A stretch of 64,000 nucleotides of DNA from Rhina ancylostomus (taxonomy: Eukaryota): positions 37,866,078 through 37,930,077 of the forward strand of contig JARFYF010000119.1 in the NCBI GenBank assembly GCA_030265395.1. Direction: 5' to 3'. The notes under the pieces are model-generated. The model ran no database searches. It worked only from the letters and a program-made list of their open reading frames with translations, and had not been told where the DNA came from. Positions 1-12,352 of the stretch are shown here, one piece after another. The position numbers were made by a program, and so were the translations under genes. Numbering within the stretch: position 1 is the stretch's first letter; every line of letters starts with the position of its first letter.

Positions 1-110
1 AGATCACAGTGTGATAACTGATTGGAGTGCACTAAATTGGAAGAAGTGCATGTGAATCACTTCTTCAACGAAAAAGACTGTTTGGGTCCCTTGATGAAGG
101 GAAGAGGTAA
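1..110 (-). mobile_element. Penelope-like element fragment
   Basis: Reverse complement resembles the PLE segment just before the GIY-YIG domain seen at 4875-4960 (gggacc...ttc...ttcac...cacttcttccaat). Confidence 0.5.
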
Positions 111-2985
111 ATAACGTTTCCTTGCACTTAGACATACAAGTTTCCAGGCAGGTTGGATATCTTGCTACGTTCACTCTATTAGTAGCCCTTAATAGAAGTG
201 GACGGCAAGAGAATAGGGGGTTGGGGAGTCATATTAATGGGCAGGTGTTGTTCTGAGAGTTCTCAGGGTTGTTCTGAAAGCTAGCAGGAAACTCAATAGA
301 CTAAATGGTTTCCTCCTATTTTACATGAAAATAGATGCTAACTGATTTAAATTGTCACAAGTTAATGCAGGACTCTTAATAGATATAATGATCAGTTTAA
401 ACTCAAGGTGGTTTGACGATTCACTTAAAATTGATTATGGTATGGGTTCCTCAAAGAGATGGGGATTGAAATTAATTAAGTCATATTAAAATGTTACATG
501 TGTAACAACAAAAAGGACAGACAGGCAAATATACCAAGGTTGAGAACAACAGCAGCAGCAATAATGACAATAGTTGTTCTGGAAATCAACAGAGCATTAA
601 GACTGGGTCAAACACATCTTACGAGTCAAATAGGACCAGTGACTTAAGGGAAAAAAGGAACATCAGTAGCAGTGGTCTGATGTTAAAATAGTTTCTCAAA
701 TGCAATTATAGAATGATCCTCACTGTTCATTCGTATTTAGCAAATAATTTTTCATTGCAGAAATCTGTTAATGTTTCTCACTCTGTGTGCACCACATATT
801 TAATAACTTTAGAATTTCTCACTGATGATTTGACACCAAACAGATTAAGAGTAAAGATTTTCTTTTACTTTGTTTTGCCTACATTTTGTAACGTTGACAA
901 ACAAACCAGTTCTATTAATGATGATGTAGCTCAGAAGTTTCACGTGTCCACATCACACTAATAAAAGTGGTGGCACTTATGAATAGAAATGGCAAAATAT
1001 GGAATTCTGGAAATAATGAGTTTCATTTGCTGTTTCTAGGGAAGGTTGCAGGAAGAATACAAAAATCTGAGTGTTATTTTTATTTACTCATCTGTAGCTT
1101 GGAAAATAAAAGTTTATTTGACACTTATGTCATCTTACTGGAGTATTCATTATTCTCACCCATTGAAAGATTGGAAAATTGGATGAAAGCAAACTTGAGA
1201 ATTTGTGGCATTTATTTCACATTTTAAAGGATAATGTCACATTGCAGGTTACTCGGTTGTATAAGTGAAGGTTGCACAATGTAAGATAAATCTGGGACAT
1301 ATGAGGCATGCAGTCTTGCTAGAAGGTAACGTGTACCACTCAACCTGAGGATTTGTCTAATTCGTAACAACTGCCTTATCACATCCTCAGGACGTCCCAC
1401 AGTACACCCTAATGAATGTACTTCTCTTCAATTTCAGTCCTTATTTGAGATATGGGAGAGTTAGGGTAGATCTATTGTGTGTNNNNNNNNNNNNNNNNNN
1501 NNNNNNNNNNNNNNNNNNNNNNNNNNNNNNNNNNNNNNNNNNCACCAGGGCAGATTATGGATTCATGAATGGTGGCTCAACTCAAAATTGAGTCAATGGT
1601 CTTTGGCAGATGTTTGATAACGCTGACACTCATTGTAAAGGAGGCAAGTTGCATGGTAGTTTGCCAATTTAATAAATCACAAGGGTTGCATTGAAAGTAT
1701 GGGGTTAATTCAGAGAAAGCTCTGTGCAACCTGCACACATACACAAGCACTGTTTGCTTTGCACTCTGGTCAGCAAAGAGATGCCTTTAAAAGTTCTAGT
1801 TTACGAGGCATAATGTTTGGCTCAGAACTGCAGGCTGGAAATCCAGGGGGTCAGTTTGGCAGTCAGAAGTAGCCTGAAGATAAGATAATTCTCAAAGCAA
1901 AAAATTCACAAAATGCATGGTTTGTTATTCCTTCCCTGAAGCTTTGAGGAGATGAGATTGAACAGAGAATGCACAATACTTGCTTTCATTGAAAGTTCAC
2001 TTTGTTGCTTGTGAGATAAAACCACATTATCATTTGTGCAGACCTCATTTTACTAGATGCATTTTCAGTTGTCTTCAATGGGAAAAGTGTGCAAATAGAA
2101 TTCAAAACTGAGTTCAAATCAAGTCCCACAGTTATGCCTTTTAATACACAGTTTAGCAATACTGTGACAGCAAGGATACAGGTGTAAATCTAGAGAATAT
2201 GAAACTTGTAATTATGTAGACAACAGGCTGTGTTCCCTTTCTAAATGCCAATGATAAATTGTAGAACTTGGGAGTTAACTACTTGCTGTTTATTAAAGAA
2301 TAAAAGGTTCCACCTATGTGCAACCAAAGCCAAGTTCACAAAGGATGGTTCACAGAAGACATGTATATTACATTTCAGGCCTCCAGAAGTGTCCCTTCAT
2401 CCCTATTTTGTGTTTTCCTCAACTATAAGGCCATTATATTTCCCCTTCTATGCCCTTATTCTTAGTTTTCGGTTGGACATTATTAGTTCAACTCAAATTA
2501 TTAGCTTTCTTAGCAGAACGCAAAAAGATTCCAGAACCTAACTGCAATAAATAACATAGCTAAGCAGATCTATGTACAGGTACAGAAAGTATGCATATGT
2601 ACAAGAAGATGAGAACCAGACAAGGCTCTTTTGAATGACAATGAGCTTTACAGATATTGTGTATTGACAACTTTTGGAGTGCTTTGCATTCTTACAATCA
2701 TCCACATGCTTTAATGTAAGTGATTCTTTCATATAAAAATGATTAATAATTATTATGCATTGTTCATCTCTGACAAGAGTGAGGTGCATTGCTGTACCTG
2801 ACGTAGTATATGCTTGTGAAAAATGGAAGTTTTATTTTGTTATTACAACATGGCACATTTACATTCAGAAAACATTTAAAGAGGAAAAGAGCCTGGATTT
2901 TTGTATTATTCATTCTGTACTTCACTAATTTTAATGTTAGAAAAAAAATAATTAAACATAGCAAGGAAATATATTACAGTTTTAT

Positions 2986-3305
2986 CATAGAGAGATACAG
3001 CAATGGAAATAGGTCCTTTGGCCCACCAAATCTATGCCAAACACTTAGTTGCATCAGTCCTACTTTAACCACATTTCCACATTGTCATCGCCTCCCCTCA
3101 GATTCTACCACCTATCTACACACAAGGGGCAATTTACAGCGGCCAATTAACCTGCCAATCCACACATCTTTGGGAGGTGGGAGGAAACCAGGGCACCCGG
3201 AGGAAACCCACGCAAACTCTGCACAGACAGCACCTGAGGTCAGGATTGAACCTGGGTCTCTGGCTGAGAGACTGCAGCTCTACTAGTTATGCCACTGTGA
3301 TGCCC
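2986..3305 (-). mobile_element. tRNA-derived SINE, HE1/V-SINE-like
   Basis: Minus strand starts gggcatcacagtggc..., with a B-box GGTTCAATCC near 3243-3252, a V-domain-like core (gggtttcctccgggtg...ttaattggcc) and a CR1-like tail (gggccaaaggacctatttcc...tctatg). Confidence 0.8.
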
Positions 3306-3339
3306 ATTTTAAGAAAGAATGCCCATCACTTGAACAGAT

Positions 3340-3504
3340 AATCTGATATAGATATTTAAATCCATGAAGGATGTGGATGCAGTAGATAGACTGAAACCTC
3401 CCAATGGCAAAGGGATCAAGAACCAGGGGACAAAAAACAGACATGATTGGCAAAAGAACCAAGAATGACTTGAGAATTTTTTTAAGCACCGAGTAGTTAG
3501 GGTC
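3340..3504 (+). mobile_element. CR1 LINE 3' fragment, left part (split by the Penelope insertion)
   Basis: agaaccaggggaca...ttttttaagcaccgagtagttagggtc resembles the CR1 ORF2 end; the element resumes near 5567. Confidence 0.55.
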
Positions 3505-5563
3505 CCTCCATGGCCTCCAGCCTTATGGTACTCCAACTCCACTCTACTATCTCTAACCTAAGGTCCGTAAACAGCACTGCCCTGGTAGGCCCAATGTTTC
3601 TGCCTGCTCTTGACCCACTGTACTCACTTCTTCATACCTGGTTTCCATCCTGTCTTCCGTTGTCCTACTTACGGCTAGGAAACCTCTTGTGCCTGCCACC
3701 ACTTTGATAACTTCCAATTACCAGGTCCCAAATGGCTCATCTTTACAATGAAAATCAAGTCTCTCCACACCTTCTTACTCATCAGGAAGGTCTTATGNNN
3801 NNNNNNNNNNNNNNNNNNNNNNNNNNNNNNNNNNNNNNNNNNNNNNNNNNNNNNNNNNNNNNNNNNNNNNNNNNNNNNNNNNNNNNNNNNNNNNNNNCCA
3901 GTCTCTCCACACCTTCTTCCTCATCAGGAAGGTCTTAGGGTCCTCCATTTCTTGCTTTAACAAAGACTCAAGCAGTTTTCCTCCACTAAACACTCATCTG
4001 TTTAGCAGGATTGGTCCTTACCATCATTAACTTCTCTTTTGTTTTCTCCCACTTTCTACAAATCAAAGGTGCTCACATAGGCCCTAGCTATGACTCTTTT
4101 TGTTGGCTTCATAGAACCATCCTTGTTCGAAGCCCATTCCGCCATCCACCACCCCATCTCTTTCCCCCTCTGCGTTGATGACAACATTGGTGCTACTTCC
4201 TGCACTCATGCAGAAATTGTCAATTGCATCACCTTTGCCACCAACTTCCATCCTGCCGTCAAATTCACCTGGACTGTCTCTGACAATTCCCTTCATTTTC
4301 TCTGTCTCCATCTCAAGAGACAGACTTGCCACTGACATGCTCTTTAAACCCACCAACTACCTCGACTACACCTCCTCCCACCCTGCCTCCTGAAAGGATG
4401 CTATCACTTTTTCTCAATTTTTCTGCCTCTACCGCATTTGACCTCAAGATGACGCCTTCTGGTCGAGGGTTAGGGTGAATGTCCTCCTTCTTCCTGAAGG
4501 ATGGTTTCCACTCTGGCATAGTTAATGGAGCCCTCACACACATTTCTTACATTTCCCATTCACCTGCTCTCGCCCACCCTCTCTGCACACAGAACAGTAA
4601 TAGAGGTCCCTTGGTCCCCATCTTTCACCCCACCAGCCTCCACATCCAATATATCCTTTGCCATTTCTGCCAGCTATGTCATCCCACCACCAGTAACAAT
4701 TTTCCCTCCTCCCACTATCTGCTCTCCACAGGAACCAGTCTCTTCATATCTCCCTGATCCGCTCATCCCTTCCCACCCACATCTCCCCCATCCCCTGGCA
4801 CTTTCTCCTGCAACTGTAGGAAGTGTAATGCACCCCCCCCCCACCCCGGTCCCTTCATCTCCTCCTTCACTACCACCCAGGGACCTAAGCAGCCCTTCCA
4901 AATAAGGCGGTTCACCGGCACCTCTTCCAATCTGATCCACTGCATTCAGTACTCATGATGTGACCTTGTCTGCATTAGAGAAAACAAGAGTAGACCAGGC
5001 AAATGTTCTGTGGAGCACCTGAGCTCTATCTGAAATGGCATCTTGAGGTTCCAGTTGCACATCATTTCAGCCATCCTTCCCACTCTCATACTGACCTGTC
5101 TGTCCTCAGCCTTTTCCATTGCTGCAGAGAGGCCAAAAGGAAGAAAAGCATCTCATATTCTTCTTGGGTGGCTTATAAGTCAATGATGTGATCATTGGAT
5201 TTTCCAATTTCAAGTAACCCACACCCCCAGGAATCTCCTCCCACACTCACACGTACTGCCCACCTACGTTTCTTCTCCCTTTGTTCACCTCTTCCCCTTT
5301 TCCTCCCCCACCTGCTCCACCCGCCCAATATTCCCCTCTCACCCATCCAGTTCCACCCATCACCTACTAGACTCTGTCCCTCTCACTCACTTGTACTGTT
5401 TTCTACTGGCAATCGTTCCTCTTCCCTCTCAGTCCCGATGCAGAGTCTTGACCCAAAACATTGATTTACATCTTTTGCCTCCACAGATGCTGCTTGACCC
5501 ACTGAGCTCTTCAATTGTTCTGTTTCTGTTTGAGATTCCAGCATCTTCAGTCTCTTATATGTT
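3505..5563 (+). mobile_element. Penelope-like retroelement, 5'-truncated and decayed (RT + GIY-YIG + terminal repeat)
   Basis: RT remnants LQIKG...GPSY..LFVG and CVDDNIGA (YIDD site), then FTW, FKPT..LDYTSSHP. GIY-YIG remnant near 4930-5025 (decayed CIxCxxC...IGExKxR...EHL). Pyrimidine-rich terminal repeat ends gatgctgcttgacccactgag...ccagcatc. Frameshifted, with one N gap. Confidence 0.85.
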
Positions 5564-5566
5564 CAC

Positions 5567-5775
5567 AGTTACAGTGTGCAATGCACTGCCAGGGTTCATA
5601 GTGGAGGCAAATTTAATTACAGTGCTCAAAAGGGAGCTGGACAAATATTTGAAAGGAAAGAACTTTCATAGTTACGAGGAGAGGTTGGAAGTGGGACTAG
5701 ATAGATTAGTTGTGCATAGAGACAGTACAGACTCAATGGCCTGTATGGCTTCCTTCTGTGCTTTAAACATTCAGT
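5567..5775 (+). mobile_element. CR1 LINE 3' end, right part
   Basis: tgcaatgcactgcc...gtggaggca...ctggacaaatatttgaaagg...atggcttccttctgtgct, a typical CR1 tail homologous to 54700-54900. Confidence 0.65.
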
Positions 5776-6210
5776 GATTCTTACTGTCCAGCCATTGGAA
5801 ACTCCATACATACTCCATTAAACCTGTTCACGTTTTGACCTCTTCTATCAAACCCCGTCTTAAACTTCTCTGCTCCAACAACTTTCATATTTCTCCAGCT
5901 CCCCATATAACTGAGACTCTTCAGACCCTTGTGACTTTGACAAAGTGTGGCATGCTTGGAGTTAAACCCAATTCTTTAGATGGAACCTAAAATCAAAAAA
6001 ATACTGTAGATACTAGAAATCTGAAATAAAAACAGAAAATGCTGGAAACTCAGCGAACCTGAAACATTAATCCTATTTCTCTTTCCTGTTGAGGCTTAAT
6101 CTGCTAAAGCTCCCATAACATATTATATCTATCATTTCAACTGTTTTGCTGCCTTCAGAGATACACTACCTCAGATATCCCTGTCTCTGCGGCCATTTAA
6201 AATGGAGCCA

Positions 6211-6216
6211 TTTATT
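6211..6216 (-). terminator. Candidate polyadenylation signal (AATAAA) for CYP7B1
   Basis: tttatt on + is AATAAA on -, about 300 nt after the stop codon. The hexamer is common in AT-rich DNA, so use is unverified. Confidence 0.3.
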
Positions 6217-6511
6217 CAGGAACCTATATAATATTTCACACTTAGAGAGCATAAATCAGGCATTTGAGGTGGGGGGTGGGGGGGGGGCAAAGGATCTGCA
6301 AGGATTTTGTCTGCATTACTACACTCCAAGTAAGTATGAAGTTGCTTTCTTCTACTCCCCAAGAAAGAATAGAAGAGGGAATTCCTGAAATTTAGTATGC
6401 TAAAGTTACAAAGTACCTTACTGTTTTGTCAACCTAAGAGTCATACAATAACCCAGCCTGACTCACCAGCATATAATTTGATCATCCGAACTACAAGTTC
6501 AACACACTTCT

Positions 6512-6802
6512 TCATTGGTGCAATTTATAGCGAAACCGGACATCTGAATCTGGCAATATGACCCCCAGACCTGCACGGCTTTTACTTGATCCAACTGGCT
6601 TTTCCCCATGGATTATTTCCAGGTCAAGAGAAGCCAGCATCAATGAAATGAATATTTTAATCTCACTGAGTGCATAGAATCTTCCAGGACACATACTGGC
6701 TCCAGAACCAAAAGGCATCAAATAATTCCGAAGTTTCTTTCCTCCTTTGTAAAAAGCAGTTTTCTTCATTCCATTTTCTATAAAACGGTCATACCTGTAC
6801 AC
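6512..6802 (-). CDS. CYP7B1: CYP7B1 exon 6, last coding exon (heme-binding)
   Basis: Acceptor atttccag|GTG TAC. VYRYDRF...PFGSGASMCPGR (FxxGxxxCxG; Cys codon 6689-6691)...PDSDVRFRYKLHQ, stop TGA at 6514-6512. Confidence 0.97.
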   Translation of the reverse strand: MYRYDRFIENGMKKTAFYKGGKKLRNYLMPFGSGASMCPGRFYALSEIKIFISLMLASLDLEIIHGEKPVGSSKSRAGLGVILPDSDVRFRYKLHQ

Positions 6803-8894
6803 CTGGAAATATATGAGAATCAACGTTTTATTGCAAGAAGAGGGGTTGAACTTTTGTCTGTGAGAGTGGTCATTTTTCTTACACACTATTGATTTTTATC
6901 TGAGGCCCATTAATGGAAAGGGAGATAACCACTGGTCTTGGCTGTGGAGGTCTATGCAACCAAATATTCCGCTAGCACTTACTTATTTCAGCCTACTCTT
7001 GCAGAAAAGGGAATTAAGCGATGTGCCAGAGTTTGGCAACATTTGTGCTCAAAAAAAGTGTTTTGCAAGGAGAAATAAAATTGTATAATATTGCTAATAA
7101 AGAACAAAAGTACAGCATTTTAATTCAAAATCATATTTATGCAATCGTTTTCATTACACTTCAAAATTACCAGTTTGAAAGTAAAATTGCAAGTTTCATG
7201 AAGAATAATAATTTCTACAGACCTCAAGAAAAATAAAACCATTGTATTTATAACTCTTAAAATGGTTTGTCAATTTCACACATATCATTGTTGTAAAAGA
7301 TATGGGTTGCTGTGAAATAAGGCCCTAAACTGAGGAAATATCAGAAATGACTATGTACTTTCAATTTGGTTTGGAAAAGACACTAAAGGAAGCTGGAGAT
7401 TCAGATTAACTGTGAANNNNNAAATCTGTCTATCGCAAAGTGGAACAAGCTGTTCAACTCTCTTTTTTACTTTCCTCTTCTCTTTTGATTGCCAAGGATT
7501 CTGTTAAGCTGTTGTGAAAACATTTGGCACTGTTAAATTTAATGCAGTTAAATAAGTATTTGAGTAATTTTAGATTTTGAATATTTTTTAATTGTTTAGG
7601 TTACTTTTGTCCAAAATGTTGTGGTGGACGATCATTTATTTTGTCAAAAGTTGTTCATTGATGTCGCAATTATTTATGATTGAGTCATAATTTGTGCAGT
7701 ACAGTATAAATGAAAAGCATGCCAAATTGACAGAATTAAAATATCTGCCTCAGAGATGGATCCCAGGGATAATCATTTTCATCAATTTACGCACAATTTT
7801 TAAAAAGAACCCAGCTGTAATTATCCTACAGGCCAGAGGTTTAAGCATTTTCATAAGAAAACCAAACTATAATTCTATTAAACATAATTTCTCAAAGACA
7901 TAATAATGATATATGACACATCACATGCTGACAGCAATCAAAGTGTTAACAGCCTATTTATGAGCACCACTCCCCACCACCCACACCATACAATCTGAAC
8001 ACAAGCTTTTGCCAAGACCAGAAAATAAATTTAGCCCATATTGTTTGAGTGATAAAGTAGAGATAAAGTTTTAGATTGAGACTTGCATCATATTTGTCCT
8101 TCAACATTAATCTCCCTGTCACTCTTGGTGCATGAGATCAGTGGCCAAACTAGGAAAGGTAGCTGGGCTCGTGTTGATATATAACATACAAGTTAATCAT
8201 GACACTCACACATATCAATTCTGGTCAATTGCAGAAAAATCACATGGTAGAGAACTGCATCCAATGCTATCCCTCAGGTCAAATATTATAATTCTGATTA
8301 GAACATTTTCTTGCCATTTAACCATAAGAGGTCTATCTGAATCAGCCTCGAGTCACTGGGTAAGATACAGTTTATTTTAATATGGAAAAAAACAGGCATA
8401 ACACATATCTGGAAAGGAAATAAAACCTCATAATGAATGCTAATATATGATTCTTTTTTTATTAATATCAACATGGATTTATGCTATGAAGCATTCATTT
8501 GGAAAATAAATATTCCTGCATATTCACTTTTAACATCAGCCATGACACTTCCTTTGTCATAAATACATGTAAAGGAGAAACCAAAACAGAGACCAAAACT
8601 TCACTCTTGCTCCACAATTCCAGTACCAACAAGACTTACCAAGCCATATCAAACATGTACAAATACCACTGAAAGTTGCATCAAGCAAACTTTGGTAAGG
8701 CCTTGCCTAATAGCCTAAATGTACATATGGAATCATCATAACTTCTTTAAAGCTAAATAATGACTAATAGCATTGCAAGAACAAGAGGGTTCTTGTCATC
8801 ACAGCAGATAGGATGGAGATGGAGAAACTTAGAGAACAGAACAGACTCCTTACAGGAAGTAGAATCTCCTTCTAAATTTTGTTCTCACTCACTC

Positions 8895-10260
8895 ACTCTC
8901 CACCCAGCCAGAACAAGGGTTCCCCTTGTCCTCAACTCCACCCACAGGCCTGCACACTCAGTAGATCTTCTTTGCTTCCTGTAAGGATTCCATACCATTT
9001 CCCAGTTTCTCCATCTATGTATTATATGCTCTGATGAGCAGACTTTTCACACTAGTGCCTTTAAAGTGTCTACCTGTGTTTGAACTGTGGCTTCCCCTCT
9101 ACCATAATTGTCAGGCTATCAACTGCTTCTTCTCCATTTTCTGCACTTCTGCTCTGAAAACCTCCCCTCTTAGCCAAAACAAGGATAGAGATCATCTTAT
9201 CCTCACCTTTTGCCTCACCAGGTCCCACATTTAAAGGATCATCTTCCATAATTTTCACCACCTGCAATGGGATTCTACCACTAGACATACTTTCCCCTTG
9301 TCTCCCCTTTCTGGAGGGACTGTTCCCTCTGCAACTCCCTGGTCCACTCTTCCATCTCCATCAACCAAGACGACACTCACAACACTTTCCCAAGCAGCCA
9401 TGGTAGATGCAGCAGCCACCATTTTATCTCTTCCCTCCCATCATTCAGTGACCCAACAGCCATTCCAGGTTACTCAGTGATTCACTTCCACTTAGAATCA
9501 CAGAGTCATACAGCATGGAAAGAGACCCTTCGGCCCAACTTGTCCATGCCAACCAAGATGCCCATCTAAGCTGGTCCTACATGCCCACATTTGGTCCACA
9601 TCCCTCTAACCTTTCCTATCCAGTATCTGTCCAAAGGTCTTTTAGCACTTCTGCTAATCTAGTGTATTGCATTCAGTGCTCATAATACAGCTCCTCCTAC
9701 ACTGCAGAAACCAAATGAAGACCAGGTGACTGTTCTGTAGAACACCTCAGTTCATTCCACAAAAGGGACCACATCACTTTAATTCTCTATTCAACTAACA
9801 AAGTACTCTCTGTGTTTGGGCATCTACATTGCTCCAACAGTGTCCTGTGCAAGCTTGAGGAACAGCATCTCATTTACTGTTTGGGTGCACTGCAGTCTTT
9901 GGAACATCATATTGAATTTAATAATTTCAGGTAACTGCTTCTATGGATGCTGCTGTACTTTTCTGTTTCAATTTACTTTCTTTTTTTGTCTTCTGTCTCT
10001 TATTGCTGTTTTGTAAAGTAATTATTCCCTTGACAAATTTGGTCTGCACCCTGTCACAGATATTCCCCTCTGTTGGTTCTCTTCACCTTCCCCTCTTTGC
10101 AACATAAAACATGTTTGTTTTCTCACTACTGTGGTTCTGAAGGAGGATGTTGACCAGAAATGTCAACTCTTTCTCCTGACACAGATGCTGCCTGACTTGC
10201 TGAATTCTTCAAGCATTGTCATTTGTGTTTTCAAATTCCACGATCTGTAGCATTTTTGCT
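8895..10260 (+). mobile_element. Penelope-like element 3' part, decayed, with nested CR1 tail
   Basis: Homologous to 4500-5560 (cagaacaagggttccccttgtcctc; tattgcattcagtgctc; gaggaacagcatctcat; cacagatgctgcctgacttgctga). Confidence 0.75.
9494..9645 (-). mobile_element. CR1/SINE 3' tail insertion with 5-bp flanking duplication
   Basis: Reverse of a CR1 tail (gttgggccgaagggtctctttccatgctgtatgactctgtgattct), flanked by CACTT at 9489-9493 and 9646-9650. Confidence 0.75.
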
Positions 10261-12112
10261 CCAACTTCTACATTCTATATCTTCCAGGATCAGTAGTCAA
10301 CCATTCAGCCTCTCAAACAAGTCACCATCCAATTAAATTATGGCTGATTTGTATTCTTCTTTAGGGGCTAGCAGAAAGGTCCCCGCAAGGTCACAGCAAA
10401 CTACCCCTCCCCACCACAAATCATTAGTTACATTAAGGATATTTGTGAAAATGTATATGTGTGTTTAACATCCTTCCAGAAGTGATCAAATTAAATTCTT
10501 GTGCACAGCCCACCTGCCTTTGCTCCAAATTCACTGATGCACTAAATTAACTGAAACATACTGATGCTGGTCTTGAAAATTTCACTTGACACAGCAACCA
10601 TAGTTTGTTGGAATGAGAAGTTCCATATTTCCACTACCCTTTGTGTGAATAAGTGATTCTTGATTTCACAGTAAAATTGCCAGCCTTTTTCACCTGCGGA
10701 ATAATCAAGAAGTTTTATATACCCTCAGGATAAAGCAGTATTGGAATTTTAATGGGTTTGTAAACTGAAGGTATTCCCTGACCATTGTAATCATTCATAT
10801 AATGAATATTTGTTCCTCAATATCAAAATCAAGCACCTAAGCATATATTTGAAACTTGTAAAATTAAATTTCTGAACCTGAATTAGTGTTCATTCCATTG
10901 TTAGAGTTTATGGACATTTGGGAGTGAATTACTTGGTTTCAGGCAACATTAAACATGAATGAATAGCTTATAACCAACATCCTAGACCTGAGAACACTTC
11001 ACCTCCTTGATCCCAGGTTTTGTTTTAATAAAGAATATTAAATTAGTTAGCTTTTAGAGAGGTGGTCAGGCAGAATTAGCTGGCTGTGGTTTAATTTGAG
11101 AAGCACATATGGCATCTGTCAATGTAATTCAAGTAAGGATTCATGACAATGTTTGTGGAAGAATATCACTACTCTACAACATAAACTAAACAATATTGTA
11201 CAGTTGTATCCAGTGTTAGCTTGCCAAGATTTAGTGAAATCAATATTTATTGTTTTAAATTAAGTACAAGTTAGATCAATTTTTTTTGTCCTGAAGAGAA
11301 ACTGTCAATTAATACTAATGGGCAAATTTAATATATTCATAAGTACAAGTACAATGGAAGGTCACTGTGAGACTAAAAAGATAGCTGCTGCTGAACCAGT
11401 CATCTCCCCTTTCCAACTTCAGATGATAATTTAGTGTTAATGCTAGTACCAGCAACAATTCACCAAATGCAATGTAGAATCTGATTGCATTTAATTTGCA
11501 TGCAGGTGGCGAATCTCTGAAGCCACATTAAAGCTGAGCCAGGGTGGATTAATTTCCACTCTTTGATATTCATTAACTCTGGCTGCAGAAAAAAATACAA
11601 GGAGATGACACAATTACCCTTAGAGCTTCAGTGCAGAGCAATAGCTTTACAACCTCAAGTTCATGCCACCATATCAATTGATCAAGAAAGGAGAGGATCC
11701 TTATGAAGTGATATGAAGCAACATACAGCTAAAAAAGGAATTTTTGTAAACAATGATGCCCTGGTATAATTATCTAAACAGTGCAGCTTATTTGTTACTG
11801 GCTCAGTTCTTCATTCTTTCTTTTGGTCATCAAGTGATCCATTAACTGACAAAAGCCAAGGGTTTCCTTGACTTCAAGCCAATCAATTCACAGTTTAATG
11901 TTAATCCTTTCAAGGCAACACCACTCAATCTCATTCCCATATTCTCCAATGAGACAGTAAATTCAATGACCTGCAGGTCTTGGACCACACACCATACAAA
12001 AGACGGGAGATTTTTTTTCTGGAAGAAAGAGCAATAGGAACACTAGAACAACAGGCTTGGTTGTTGCTGTATGACTGCAGGAATAAAAGAACAGTATATG
12101 CACATCACATAC

Positions 12113-12291
12113 CTCAGGATCTTCATAAACCTCTGGGTCCAAATGTAGAATTTGAGGATAAAGGGCTAACCAGTCCCCTTTTCTCAGTCTGATTTTTTGA
12201 TTTTCCTTAGAGTTTATATTTATATCTTCTTTGACTGATCGGATGTTCATAGAGGAACTGCTTAAACGAAGGGCTTCGTCTACTGCACTTC
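12113..12291 (-). CDS. CYP7B1: CYP7B1 exon 5 (K-helix ExxR)
   Basis: Acceptor tgcttttag|GA AGT, donor CCT GAG|gtatgt. 179 nt, SAVDEALRLSSSSMNIR...RKGDWLALYPQILHLDPEVYEDPE. Confidence 0.96.
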
Positions 12292-12332
12292 CTAAAAGCA
12301 TGAGGAAAGAATGGACAAAGGGAAAGAATGCG

Positions 12333-12352
12333 GAGAGAGAGAGAGAGAGAGA
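12333..12352. repeat. (GA)10 microsatellite
   Basis: Direct reading; reads (TC)10 on the transcript strand, about 40 nt upstream of the exon 5 acceptor. Confidence 0.95.

Noticed and set aside
3225-3305. tRNA-like A/B boxes
   Set aside because: They are the head of a SINE; no cloverleaf, so not a tRNA gene.
3758-3937. Direct repeat agtctctccacaccttctt(a/c)ctcatcaggaaggtctta on both sides of a 100-N gap
   Set aside because: Most likely unmerged contig overlap or haplotypes at a fixed-size gap, so an assembly artefact.
6267-6288. G-run with G-quadruplex potential
   Set aside because: Simple low-complexity run, C-rich on the mRNA strand, with no supporting context.
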